64,000 nt of DNA from an uncultured Actinomycetes bacterium (GTDB lineage Bacteria > Actinomycetota > UBA4738 > HRBIN12), in NCBI GenBank assembly GCA_963704885.1, contig CAVPIB010000001.1:922262-986261 (forward strand), given 5' to 3'. The notes under the pieces are model-generated. The model was not told the origin of the DNA. It searched no databases and saw only the letters and a program-made list of their open reading frames with translations. Shown here piece after piece: positions 26,582 to 36,069 of this stretch (position 1 is the stretch's first letter; every line of letters starts with the position of its first letter). Both the position numbers and the translations under genes were made by a program.

Positions 26582-26708
26582 CCATTCCTCCGGTGCGGTC
26601 CGTCCGGTCAGCGGCTCATCCTATCGGCCGAGGTGACCGACCCCCGTCACAGGAACGCCATGCGCGAGGGCGGGCGAGGGCCGATACCTCGCCGGTACGC
26701 TGGACCGG

Positions 26709-28124
26709 ATGGCATCCGATCCCCAACCCACCGAAGCCGTGAGGCCGCACCGTCGTGCTGTCCGGACGCTGATCGGAGTGTCGGCGAGCATCGCGCTCGT
26801 GGTGTCGGCTGCTTCGGCATCCTCATTCGTGGCCTACGTACTGGCTGACCGCGAGATCGGGATCATCCCCCAACCGAGGGGCGGCGGACAGCAGCACGAC
26901 TTCGGGCCCTGCGCGAACGACGTGTGCAACTACCTGATCCTTGGCAGCGACTCGCGCTCGGGGCTCTCGGAGCAGGAGCAGGATCAGTTCGGCACCGATC
27001 AGGACATCGGCGGTTCGACCCGATCCGACGTGATCATGCTGGTCCACACCGATCCCGCCCTGGAGAAGGCGATCATCCTGTCCTTCCCCCGCGATCTGTG
27101 GGTGAACATCCCGGGTCGAGGCGAGGACAAGATCAACGCGGCCTTCGAGGGCGGCCTCGAGCACGGCGGGGCGCAACTAGTCGCGAAGACCGTGCAGCAG
27201 CTGACCGACCTCAAGATCCACCACGTCCTCTACGTGGACCTTGCTGGCTTCCAGGGGATCGTCCGCACCCTAGGCGGCGTCACGATGTGCATACCGGCCG
27301 ATCTGGCCGATCCATCGACCGGCAGGGTCCAAGATCCGCTCACCGGATTGGACGTCGCCCCTGGTTGTCAGGAGCTGGATGCCAAGCAGTCACTCGCCTA
27401 CGTCCGCACGCGCCATCTGCGGTGCGACCTGATCCCCGACTTCTCTCGGATCGGCCGACAGCAGCAGTTCCTGCGCGCCGTCTTGAACCGCCTCCTCTCG
27501 CCGAGTGAGATAGCGAAGGCGCCATCGCTGATCCGACCCATCGCCCACAACCTGGTCGCCGACGAGTCTCTGGATCTGGCCGACATCATCTACCTGGTGA
27601 AGCAACTGGAGGGCATCTCAACCGGTGCGGTCGAATTCCGCGCAGTGCCCGGCACCCCAGGGTTCGAGGGGAGCCTCTCGGTGGTCAAGATGGACCCGGT
27701 TGCCGGGGAGATCTTCGCCCGGATCGGCCAGGGCGAGCCCCTCGGCACCCTGGGGACTCAGTTGACGTCCACACCGACGTCAGAGGCCAACATCGCCGTG
27801 CCGGTGGTGGACAACGGATCGGGAGGGACGGCGCTCGAGGTCGAGCAGGTGCTGGCCGATGCGGGGTTCGACATCACGCCCGGGGTGGTCGACTATGGCG
27901 CCTACGGCGCCGCGATCGAGGGGTCCGCGATCGTGTACAAGCCGGGCCATCTTACGGAGGCGGAGGTCGTGCAGAAGTATTTCCCAAACCTTCGACTGGC
28001 AGAGGCTCCCGCCGGCGCGTTGAAGGGCAGCCCGGTCGCGGTCTTCGTGTCCGGCTCCTTCCGGCTCCAGCCAGTGGGCACAGGTGGTGGCGACACTTCG
28101 GACTGCGTCACGGCGGGGGCCTGA
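26709..28124 (+). CDS. LCP (LytR-CpsA-Psr) family glycopolymer transferase
   Basis: 471 aa. N-terminal TM anchor, LCP core (LILGSDSRSG...RSDVIMLVHTDP...ILSFPRDLWVNIPG...KINAAF) and a C-terminal LytR_C-like domain. Confidence 0.85.
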   Translation: MASDPQPTEAVRPHRRAVRTLIGVSASIALVVSAASASSFVAYVLADREIGIIPQPRGGGQQHDFGPCANDVCNYLILGSDSRSGLSEQEQDQFGTDQDIGGSTRSDVIMLVHTDPALEKAIILSFPRDLWVNIPGRGEDKINAAFEGGLEHGGAQLVAKTVQQLTDLKIHHVLYVDLAGFQGIVRTLGGVTMCIPADLADPSTGRVQDPLTGLDVAPGCQELDAKQSLAYVRTRHLRCDLIPDFSRIGRQQQFLRAVLNRLLSPSEIAKAPSLIRPIAHNLVADESLDLADIIYLVKQLEGISTGAVEFRAVPGTPGFEGSLSVVKMDPVAGEIFARIGQGEPLGTLGTQLTSTPTSEANIAVPVVDNGSGGTALEVEQVLADAGFDITPGVVDYGAYGAAIEGSAIVYKPGHLTEAEVVQKYFPNLRLAEAPAGALKGSPVAVFVSGSFRLQPVGTGGGDTSDCVTAGA

Positions 28125-28125
28125 T

Positions 28126-29184
28126 GTGCGGGCCCTGATCCTGGCCGGTGGCGAGGGGTCGAGGTTGCGCCCGCTGACCCACACGAACGCCAAGCAGTTG
28201 ATCCCCGTTGCGGGCGAACCGATCCTGTTCCACGCTTTGGGGGCGATCCGCGATGCGGGCATAGCCGAGGTCGGGATCGTGATCGGACAGACCGGCGACG
28301 AGATCCGTGCCGCGGTCGGTGACGGCTCTGCCTGGGGTCTGGCCGTCACCTACATCACGCAACCTCAGCCTCTCGGTCTGGCGCACGCGGTCCTCGTGGC
28401 CCGCGACTTCGTCGCGGGCCAGCCCTTCCTCATGTACCTGGGCGACAACGTCCTGCTCGAGGGGCTCGCGCGCTTCGTGGACGAGTTCGAGCGCACGCGT
28501 CCCGACGCTCAGATCTTCCTGGCGCGCGTCCCCGAGCCCGAACGGTTCGGCGTGGCCGTGCTCGAAGGCGACCGCGTGGTGCGGCTGGTCGAGAAACCGA
28601 CGACCCCCGTGAGCGACCTGGCGCTCGTCGGCGTCTACCTGTTCGACGATTCGATCATCGAAGCTGCCGACACGTTGGAGCCGTCGGCTCGCGGCGAGTA
28701 CGAGATCACGGAGGCGATCCAGTGGTTGATCGACCAAGGGAGAACGGTAAGGGCCGAGATGGTCGAGGGGTGGTGGAAGGACACGGGTCGTCCCTCGGAT
28801 CTATTGGAGGCCAACCGAGTCATGCTCTCGGTGCTGGATCCGGGGATCGACGGCGAGATCGACGGGTCGTCCACCCTCACCGGCGCCGTCCGGCTGGCCC
28901 GCGGAGCGAAGGTGGTCCGATCCCAGATCCTGGGCCCGGTGGCGATCGGAGCCGACACCGTGATCGAGGACTCGATCATCGGTCCGAACGTGTCGATCGA
29001 GCGGGATGGCCATGTCGAGCGGAGCACCGTGGAGGACTCCATCGTCATGGCGGGATGCCAGATACTCGACGTGCACTCGTTGTCCGGCTCGATCCTGGGA
29101 CGCAACGTCGAGGTGCGTCATTCGGGCAGCGGCGGCGTGTATCGGTTGGTGGTGGGCGACCAGAGCCGTGTCGAGGTCGACTGA
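28126..29184 (+). CDS. rmlA: Glucose-1-phosphate nucleotidyltransferase, long form (RmlA-like with C-terminal LbH)
   Basis: GTG start 1 nt after the LCP stop. (V)RALILAGGEGSRLRPLTHTNAKQLIPVAG... is the nucleotidyltransferase motif. The C-terminal hexapeptide-repeat region is typical of the roughly 355-aa long-form enzymes. Confidence 0.75.
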   Translation: MRALILAGGEGSRLRPLTHTNAKQLIPVAGEPILFHALGAIRDAGIAEVGIVIGQTGDEIRAAVGDGSAWGLAVTYITQPQPLGLAHAVLVARDFVAGQPFLMYLGDNVLLEGLARFVDEFERTRPDAQIFLARVPEPERFGVAVLEGDRVVRLVEKPTTPVSDLALVGVYLFDDSIIEAADTLEPSARGEYEITEAIQWLIDQGRTVRAEMVEGWWKDTGRPSDLLEANRVMLSVLDPGIDGEIDGSSTLTGAVRLARGAKVVRSQILGPVAIGADTVIEDSIIGPNVSIERDGHVERSTVEDSIVMAGCQILDVHSLSGSILGRNVEVRHSGSGGVYRLVVGDQSRVEVD

Positions 29185-29205
29185 GTCTCGACTAGCCTTT
29201 CCGGC

Positions 29206-30366
29206 GTGCGAGTCGCGATCGATGCCCGCCCGGCGCTAGACCCTCGGCGGACCGGCGTGGGGCAGTATGCGCATCGGCTGATCCGTCACCTCCCGCACGC
29301 CGATCCCCAGAACGAGTACGTCGCCTGGTACCTCCACGCGCGCGGGCTGTTCCGCCCACGCTCGTTCTTCGCCGACGCCAAGGCGCCGAACCTGGTCGAG
29401 AAGGCGTCGCGGTTCCCCGCGCGGATCTTCCAGCCCATGTCGTGGCGCCTCGGGGTGCCCAGGGTCGAGTGGTTGGTGGACTTCGACCTGTTCGTGGCCA
29501 CGAACTTCCTGGCCCCCGCCACGGGACATCCCGGACGGGTCGTGCCGATGGTGCACGACCTGGCGTTCCGCCACTTTCCGGAGACCGCTCCGCACATCGA
29601 CGCGCGATGGCGCCGCCGCTTCGCGGCGGCGCTGCAGGAAGCGCCCGCGATCATGGTCCCCTCGGAGTCGGTGGCACGCGATCTCCGGGAGGCCTACGGC
29701 ATCGGCGAGGAACGGATCCATGTCATCCACCACGGCGTCGACGCCGACGTGTTCGCTCCGGCGCCGCAGGGCGCGATCGCCGCGGTCCGCGAACGGTTCG
29801 GTATCGACGGTCCCTACGTCTTGTTCCTGGGCGGCATCGAGCCTCGCAAGAACCTCGAGACGCTCGTCCGAGCGTTCGCTCGTGCCGACGCGCGCGACGT
29901 CTTCTTGGTTGTCGCCGGTGGACCCGTCCGCTGGTTCCCTCAAGCGCTCGAGCGGCTGAACGCGTCGATCGCCCTCCTGCCCGAAGCGGTCCGTGACCGG
30001 ATCGTGATGACGGGATACGTGAGCGAACGCGACAAGCTTGCCTTGCTCTCAGGTGCTACGGCGCTCGCGTATCCGTCGCTGTACGAGGGGTTCGGGTTCC
30101 CGGTGCTGGAGGCATTCGCGGCGGGCGTTCCGGTCCTGACGTCGAACGTGTCCTCGTTGCCCGAGGTCGCCGGCGACGCCGCGGTCCTGGTCGACCCCGG
30201 GGACGTCGACGCCGTAGCTGCCGCCCTCACCGAGCTGGTCGCCGATGAGGATCTGCGGGCCGTGCTGTCCGCAGCCGGCGTGTCAAGGGCCGCACGCTTC
30301 ACGTGGGAGGCGACGGCGCGGGCCACGGCGTCCGTCATCCACCAGGCAGCGATGAGCGACGAGTAG
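29206..30366 (+). CDS. Glycosyltransferase family 4
   Basis: 386 aa. The C-terminal GT4 EX7E-type region (LFLGGIEPRKN...YPSLYEGFGFPVLEAFAAGVPVLTSN). Confidence 0.8.
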   Translation: MRVAIDARPALDPRRTGVGQYAHRLIRHLPHADPQNEYVAWYLHARGLFRPRSFFADAKAPNLVEKASRFPARIFQPMSWRLGVPRVEWLVDFDLFVATNFLAPATGHPGRVVPMVHDLAFRHFPETAPHIDARWRRRFAAALQEAPAIMVPSESVARDLREAYGIGEERIHVIHHGVDADVFAPAPQGAIAAVRERFGIDGPYVLFLGGIEPRKNLETLVRAFARADARDVFLVVAGGPVRWFPQALERLNASIALLPEAVRDRIVMTGYVSERDKLALLSGATALAYPSLYEGFGFPVLEAFAAGVPVLTSNVSSLPEVAGDAAVLVDPGDVDAVAAALTELVADEDLRAVLSAAGVSRAARFTWEATARATASVIHQAAMSDE

Positions 30367-30401
30367 ACTCGCGACATCCGCTCGCCTCGCCGGGAGCTCC
30401 C

Positions 30402-31406
30402 ATGACCGTCCAGAACCATATCCTCGTAACCGGTGGCGCCGGGTTCATCGGGTCCCACCTGGTGGATGCGCTGCTCGAACGCGATACCCGCGTCACGGTT
30501 CTCGATCGGCTCTCGACAGGCGGGAGCCGCGCGAACCTGGAGCACCACGGTGAGGACCCTCGACTGCGACTGATGATCGGCGACGTGGCCGACGCTCCCT
30601 TGGTGGCTGGGCTCATGGTCGACGTGGACGCCGTGATCCACGCCGCCGCGGAGTCCCACGTGGATCGAAGCATCGAGGATCCGGCCGCGTTCCTGCGGAC
30701 CAACGTCCTGGGCACGCAGTCGGTCCTCGACGCCTGCCGGGCCAGCGGCACCAGGATGCTCATGGTCTCGACCGATGAGGTCTACGGCCCCGGCGAGCCC
30801 GGGGACAGCGTGTTCGACGAGGAGCATCCACTTAGGCCTGCGAGCCCTTACGCGGCCAGCAAGGCCGCCGCCGACCTGCTGTGTAGCTCCTACGTAACCA
30901 CCTACGGCGTTCCGGTCACCATCGTTCGCGGCACGAACGCGTTCGGTCCTCGCCAGATCGAACGCGTGGTCCCTACGTTCGCGATCTGCGCGCTCGAGGG
31001 ACGTGCGGTCCCGGTCTACGCCGAGGGACGTCAGCGCCGCGAGTTCCTGTATGTGTCCGACTGGGTCCAGGCGGCGCTCACGGTCCTCGACGCGGGTGCC
31101 CCCGGCGCCGTGTACAACATCGGCGACGGGCACGAGTTGGAGAACCTGGAGCTAGCCCGCCGGATCTGCGAGCTGGCCGGCGCGCCCGCGTCGCAGGTCG
31201 CTTTCGTGGCGGACCGGCCTGGACACGACTTCCGTTACGGCCTCAGGGCGGAGCGGCTGCGGGCGCTCGGCTGGGCTCCTCAGGTGTCGTTCGAGGAGGG
31301 TCTGTCCCGCACGGTGAGCTGGTACCGGGATCATCTGGCTTGGCTCCGCCGAGCGCACGATGTCCCGGTGATCACCGAACCACGTCCTGCCGAGGCCGGT
31401 CTGTGA
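30402..31406 (+). CDS. rmlB: dTDP-glucose 4,6-dehydratase
   Basis: 334 aa. ILVTGGAGFIGSH Rossmann motif, SDR catalytic YAASKAA, and overall RmlB-like length. Confidence 0.9.
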   Translation: MTVQNHILVTGGAGFIGSHLVDALLERDTRVTVLDRLSTGGSRANLEHHGEDPRLRLMIGDVADAPLVAGLMVDVDAVIHAAAESHVDRSIEDPAAFLRTNVLGTQSVLDACRASGTRMLMVSTDEVYGPGEPGDSVFDEEHPLRPASPYAASKAAADLLCSSYVTTYGVPVTIVRGTNAFGPRQIERVVPTFAICALEGRAVPVYAEGRQRREFLYVSDWVQAALTVLDAGAPGAVYNIGDGHELENLELARRICELAGAPASQVAFVADRPGHDFRYGLRAERLRALGWAPQVSFEEGLSRTVSWYRDHLAWLRRAHDVPVITEPRPAEAGL

Positions 31407-32242
31407 GGCTGGTCCTGACCGGGGCCGGTGGGGGCCTCGGGCGGGCGTTCCTGGCGAGCGCGCCGGCGCATCACCGTATCCACGCGTTCACGCATGACGA
31501 GCTGGACGTCGGTGATCACGACGCCGTCATGCGGACGGTTCCGGCCCTGAGTCCCGATGCCGTCCTGCACCTGGCGGCGTTCACAGACGTGGACGGGTGC
31601 GAGAAGGAACCCGCCCGCGCGTCGCGCGACAACGCGCTCGGTACCCAGCATGTGGCGCTCGCCGCGCGCGCCTGCGGCGCGATCCTGCTCTACGTATCCA
31701 CCGACTACGTGTTCGACGGTTCCAAAGAGGCGCCCTATGACGAGCTGGACGCGCCGAACCCGCTGTCGGTGTACGGGCGGACCAAGCTGGCCGGTGAGCG
31801 GTTCGTGCGTGACCTGGTCCGCGAGCACGTGATCCTGCGCAGCGGTCAACTGTTCGGAGGTGGCGACGACTACGTGACCGGCGCGCTCTCGCGCATGCGG
31901 GCCGGCGAGACGGTGGGGGGGATCACCGATCGCTTGGGATCCCCGACGTTCGTCCCGCACCTGGCCCCGCGGATGCTGCCGTTGCTGCTCACGGGTCGCT
32001 TCGGCACGTACCACCTAGCCGGCCCCGAGGCGACAACCTCGTTTGACGTGCTCGAGAGGGCGCGCGCGATGGGTGAGCTGCCGGGCAGCGTCGAGCCCCA
32101 GCAGGCGGCATCGCTCGGGTTCGCTGCGCCGCGTCCCGCGAACGCCGCACTCGCCAGTGCCTACCTATCGCATCTTGGGATCGAGCCGCTGCCGGTGCTC
32201 GATGCGGCGATCGCCGAGCTGCTCGGCGCGGGTGCCGGTTGA
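31403..32242 (+). CDS. rmlD: dTDP-4-dehydrorhamnose reductase
   Basis: GTG overlaps the rmlB stop (GTGA). (V)RLVLTGAGGGLGRAF...YVSTDYVFDG...YGRTKLAGE is the RmlD pattern. Confidence 0.8.
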   Translation: MRLVLTGAGGGLGRAFLASAPAHHRIHAFTHDELDVGDHDAVMRTVPALSPDAVLHLAAFTDVDGCEKEPARASRDNALGTQHVALAARACGAILLYVSTDYVFDGSKEAPYDELDAPNPLSVYGRTKLAGERFVRDLVREHVILRSGQLFGGGDDYVTGALSRMRAGETVGGITDRLGSPTFVPHLAPRMLPLLLTGRFGTYHLAGPEATTSFDVLERARAMGELPGSVEPQQAASLGFAAPRPANAALASAYLSHLGIEPLPVLDAAIAELLGAGAG

Positions 32243-32298
32243 AGCGGGTGCCGGTTGAACGGGTGCCGCCCGGCCCGGTGCTACGCTGACCTGCGCTT

Positions 32299-32688
32299 AT
32301 GGCCGCACCGACCGAGCACGATCCCGCGTTCGACGACCTCTCCCGCGAGCTCTACTGGGCCCAGGAGCGCGCGTCGCGCGCCCGCATGGATACGGCGGAG
32401 GTCCGTGACCGACTGCACGACCTATCCATGCAGCTGCGCGCCGACGAGAAGGTGATCATCCCGCAGGGCGAGGGCAACCTGGCCTCCACGTCTCGGTGGC
32501 GGCGCCAGCTCAAGTACCGGCTGTTCCGCGTGATGCGCCCGATCTCGTGGCGCTACGACAGGCTGATCGCCGATCACGCGGAGCTCTCGACCAGCCTGGC
32601 CGAACGGTTGATGGCCGCCGAGGCCGAGATCGCGCGGCTGCGCGCGGAGCTCGGGCACGAACGCGACGACGAGGGACCGCCGGCGTGA
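32299..32688 (+). CDS. Hypothetical coiled-coil protein
   Basis: 129 aa, no recognizable domain. Located between rmlD and a GT4 gene, translationally coupled to the next gene (GTGA overlap). Confidence 0.4.
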   Translation: MAAPTEHDPAFDDLSRELYWAQERASRARMDTAEVRDRLHDLSMQLRADEKVIIPQGEGNLASTSRWRRQLKYRLFRVMRPISWRYDRLIADHAELSTSLAERLMAAEAEIARLRAELGHERDDEGPPA

Positions 32689-33734
32689 GGGTCGCGGTCC
32701 TGCATCCACAGACGGCTTTCGTGCGCGGCGGCGCCGAGACGCACGCGGAGGGACTGGTCCGCGCCCTGCGGGCCGCCGGCCACGAGGCCGACCTGGTCCA
32801 GATCGCCGGGAAGTGGTACCCGGCAGCGCAGCTCGCGCATCAGATGGCGGTGTGGCGGAGCTTCGACATCACCGAGTCGAACGGTTTGAACGTGGATGCA
32901 GTGATCGGCCTGAAGTTCCCGGCGTACCTGGTTGAGCATGAGCGCAAGATCGTGTGGCTGATGCATCAGCACCGCACCGCGTACGAGTTGTGGGATCACC
33001 CCGTGTACGCCGACCTCTCCCGCCAGGAAGACGGTGCCGCCGTCAGAGACATGGTCTGGAACGCCGACCGTCTGGCGCTGAACGAGGCGAAGCGTGTCTT
33101 CACGAACTCGCGGAACGTGAAGGATCGGCTGTGGAGCTCGCTGCGGATCGCGTCCGACGTGCTGTACCACCCGTCGCCAGCGATGGAGCACCTGCTGGAT
33201 CTGCCGACGGGCCCGCTGGGCGACGCCATCGTCTTCCCCAGCCGGATGGAGAGCCTGAAGCGTCAGTCGCTCGTCATCGACGCCATGGCGCACGTGAAGA
33301 CCGACGTGACGCTCCTCCTGATCGGCAAGGGACCCGATGAGCCGGCGCTCCGCGATCAGGTGGAACGGCTCGGCGTGGGCGACCGGGTGCGGTTCGAGAT
33401 CGGGGTGAGCGATGAGCGGTTGTACCAGCTATACGAGAGCGCGCTGGGCGTCTACTACGGGCCGTTCGATGAGGATTACGGCTACGTGACACTCGAGGGG
33501 TTCGCGGCCGGCCGGCCGGTCGTGACGCTCAGCGACAGCGGCGGCCCTCTCGAATTCGTGGTCGACGGCCAGACGGGGCTGGTCGCAGAGCCCGAGCCCA
33601 AGGCGATCGCCGAGGCCTTCGATCGGCTCTATCGCGATCGCGATCTGGCGGCCCGGCTGGGCGCGGCCGGCGACGCGCTGGTCCGCACCGAAGTGCCCCG
33701 CTGGCCCGACGTCGTGGCGCGACTGCTCGACTGA
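32685..33734 (+). CDS. Glycosyltransferase family 4
   Basis: About 349 aa from the GTG. GT4 C-terminal motif (LLLIGKGPDEPAL...YYGPFDEDYGYVTLEGFAAGRPVVT). Confidence 0.75.
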   Translation: MRVAVLHPQTAFVRGGAETHAEGLVRALRAAGHEADLVQIAGKWYPAAQLAHQMAVWRSFDITESNGLNVDAVIGLKFPAYLVEHERKIVWLMHQHRTAYELWDHPVYADLSRQEDGAAVRDMVWNADRLALNEAKRVFTNSRNVKDRLWSSLRIASDVLYHPSPAMEHLLDLPTGPLGDAIVFPSRMESLKRQSLVIDAMAHVKTDVTLLLIGKGPDEPALRDQVERLGVGDRVRFEIGVSDERLYQLYESALGVYYGPFDEDYGYVTLEGFAAGRPVVTLSDSGGPLEFVVDGQTGLVAEPEPKAIAEAFDRLYRDRDLAARLGAAGDALVRTEVPRWPDVVARLLD

Positions 33735-35071
33735 TGGCGCGCTCCTTGGTCCGAAGGGTCATGCGAGTGACCTCGCCGGCAGCGCCCGGCTCGGTCGGCG
33801 AGCTGGTCTTCTCCGGTCCCATGCCTCCGGCGCCGACCGGCATCGCGAGCTACGACCGGGCCGTCTTGGACGGTTTGCGACGCATCGGCTTCTTCGACAG
33901 GCACCGCATGGACGTCCTGTCGCCGATCCAACCGAAGGACACTCCGCGCCTGCCCGGGTTCCGACTTGGGGTCTTCCAGCTGGGGAACAACGTCGAGTTC
34001 CACCTGGAGGCCTACCGGGCAGCGTTCCTCACGCAGGCGGCGCTCGTTGTGCTGCACGACCTGGCGCTCGACGACTTCGTCCGCGGCCTCCGCACGCTGG
34101 GCGATCCGCTCGGGTTCATGGCCACGCGGGAGGCCGCGTCGCTCCGTCGGAACCTGAGATCGCCGGACGTGATGCGCAACGAGCCGTTGCGCGAGCCCTG
34201 GTGCGCGCACGTCGCTCGCCGTGCTCGAGGGATCGTGGTCCACGCCGAGTTCTGCAAGCGGTACCTGGAAGAGCTCGGCTGCAGGACGCCGGTGTTCGTG
34301 GTCCCGCATCCGGTGATGGAGTCCGAGAGCGACATGCGCAGAGCGACCGGCCGCGTTCGCGAGTTCCGGATGGGACCGGAGGCGAGGGGGATGCGTTCGC
34401 TCGTGGTCGTCCCCGGCGACCTCAACCAGGCGAAGCGGATCGACGCCGTCCTCGCTTCCGTCCACCTCGTGGATCCGTCCGTCCATGTGGCGCTCGTGGG
34501 CCGCAGGATCGAGGGCTACGACATCGAGCGCGTCGTCGAGGAGGCCCGGCTGGGGCAGCGGGTGACCCTTGCGACCGACGTGTCCGATGACGACTTCCGC
34601 GCATGGCTCGCGGCCGCCGACGCGGTGGTGGATCTGCGCTTCCCGCACCGCGGTGAGGTGAGCGGATCGCTGATGCGCGCGATGCAGGTCGGCAAGCCTG
34701 CCGTCGTCTCCGCCACGGGCACCTACCTGGACGCGCCGGACGACGCCGTCCTGCGCGTGGCGCCGGGTCCGCCTGATCCCTCAGAGCTGTCCGCGCGCCT
34801 GCGAATGTTGCTCGAGGACGATGCCCTCCGGTCGAGGATGGGCCAGGCGGGTCGTGCCTATGTCGAGGCTCTTCGCACCTCTGAGGCCACGGCGAGGGGG
34901 TATGAACTTGCGATCGAGGCGACCCTCACCCTCGTCCGCGACCCGGCGCACAAGGCGCTCGGGATCTGGGGCAAGGCCTTGGCCGACATGGGGGCAGACG
35001 AGGCCGACCTGCGCGAGGGTCTCGGCCTGGACTACGCCCGCGCCCTGGCCACGTTCCAGGGAACGCCATAG
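33734..35071 (+). CDS. Glycosyltransferase (GT4-like)
   Basis: 445 aa. ATGA overlap with the upstream gene. The C-terminal region (VVPGDLNQAKRID...RFPHRGEVSGSLMRAMQVGKPAVVS) resembles the GT4 donor-binding half. Confidence 0.65.
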   Translation: MARSLVRRVMRVTSPAAPGSVGELVFSGPMPPAPTGIASYDRAVLDGLRRIGFFDRHRMDVLSPIQPKDTPRLPGFRLGVFQLGNNVEFHLEAYRAAFLTQAALVVLHDLALDDFVRGLRTLGDPLGFMATREAASLRRNLRSPDVMRNEPLREPWCAHVARRARGIVVHAEFCKRYLEELGCRTPVFVVPHPVMESESDMRRATGRVREFRMGPEARGMRSLVVVPGDLNQAKRIDAVLASVHLVDPSVHVALVGRRIEGYDIERVVEEARLGQRVTLATDVSDDDFRAWLAAADAVVDLRFPHRGEVSGSLMRAMQVGKPAVVSATGTYLDAPDDAVLRVAPGPPDPSELSARLRMLLEDDALRSRMGQAGRAYVEALRTSEATARGYELAIEATLTLVRDPAHKALGIWGKALADMGADEADLREGLGLDYARALATFQGTP

Positions 35072-35298
35072 AACCTTCGAAGGTCGCGTGGTGACCCGTT
35101 GCTAGACTCGGACGCACCGCGCCTGGCCAGCGCATCTATCCGAGGAGCCACGTCATCACCGCTACCCTGAACATCACCGAGCGCACGTCGGAGTCCCTGC
35201 ATCTGCATCCGGGACACCGGATCCGCGAGCTGTTCGCACATCGGGAGATCCTGCTCAACCTGGTTCGCAAGGAGCTGAAGGTCAAGTACACGGCGTCG

Positions 35299-36069
35299 GT
35301 GCTCGGCGCGATCTGGTCGATCCTCAACCCGATCGTCTTCCTGGCGGTCTTCACGTTCGTGGTGAAGATCCTCGGTAACGAGACGCCGCACTACCCGGTG
35401 TTCCTGCTCTCCGGTCTGCTCGCGTGGAACCTCTTCTCGGTCGCGGTGGGCAACGGAACCAGGTCGGTGATCGACAACGGCAACCTGGTGAAGAAGGTGG
35501 CCTTCCCACGCGAGATCTTGCCTCTGTCCGTGGTCGGCGTGGCGATCGTCGACTTCGTGTTGCAGTCGGGCGTCCTGCTGCTCTTCATGCTGGTGAGCGG
35601 CTACGGGTTCCACCTGGCGGCGTTGGTGCTCTACCCGCTGTCGTTCGTGACGCTCCTGGTGTTCACGACCGCGCTCGTCTTCTGGGTGTCGGCTCTCAAC
35701 GTCCGTTACCGCGACGTGCAGCACCTGATAGGCCTGGCCCTCCTGGTGTGGTTCTGGATGACGCCGATCGTCTATCAGGCCGGCCTGGTCCACGACAAGC
35801 TCACCGATCCGAGCGCTCCGTGGTCACCACATCTGTGGACCGTCTACATGTTGAACCCGCTCACCCCGATCGTGTCGGGGTTCCAGCGCGCCTTGTACGC
35901 GGCGGTGTCGCCGGTGGTGGATGGCCAGGCGGTCGCCGTCTTACCCCAAGTGAGCGTCTCCTGGCTGGTCGGGGTGATCGCCCTGTTCCTGCTGGGATCT
36001 CTCGTACTCCTCCTCGGCACCTGGCGGCTCTTCTTCCGCCTCTCGGCAGACTTCGCGGAGGAGCTTTGA
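35299..36069 (+). CDS. ABC-2 type polysaccharide export permease (Wzm-like)
   Basis: Track ORF of 256 aa with six TM segments. The family-conserved N-terminal region (HRIRELFAHREILLNLVRKELKVKYTASVLGAIW) lies in frame upstream (about 35150..35298) with no canonical start in the displayed frame, so the true start is uncertain. Confidence 0.75.
   Translation: MLGAIWSILNPIVFLAVFTFVVKILGNETPHYPVFLLSGLLAWNLFSVAVGNGTRSVIDNGNLVKKVAFPREILPLSVVGVAIVDFVLQSGVLLLFMLVSGYGFHLAALVLYPLSFVTLLVFTTALVFWVSALNVRYRDVQHLIGLALLVWFWMTPIVYQAGLVHDKLTDPSAPWSPHLWTVYMLNPLTPIVSGFQRALYAAVSPVVDGQAVAVLPQVSVSWLVGVIALFLLGSLVLLLGTWRLFFRLSADFAEEL

Noticed and set aside
35424-36065. N-terminal roughly 215 aa of the 607-aa track ORF
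   Set aside because: It is out of frame with, and overlaps, the Wzm permease. The true Wzt ATPase starts at the TTG at 36066 (MSTAIDVDGISKVF...), overlapping the permease stop.
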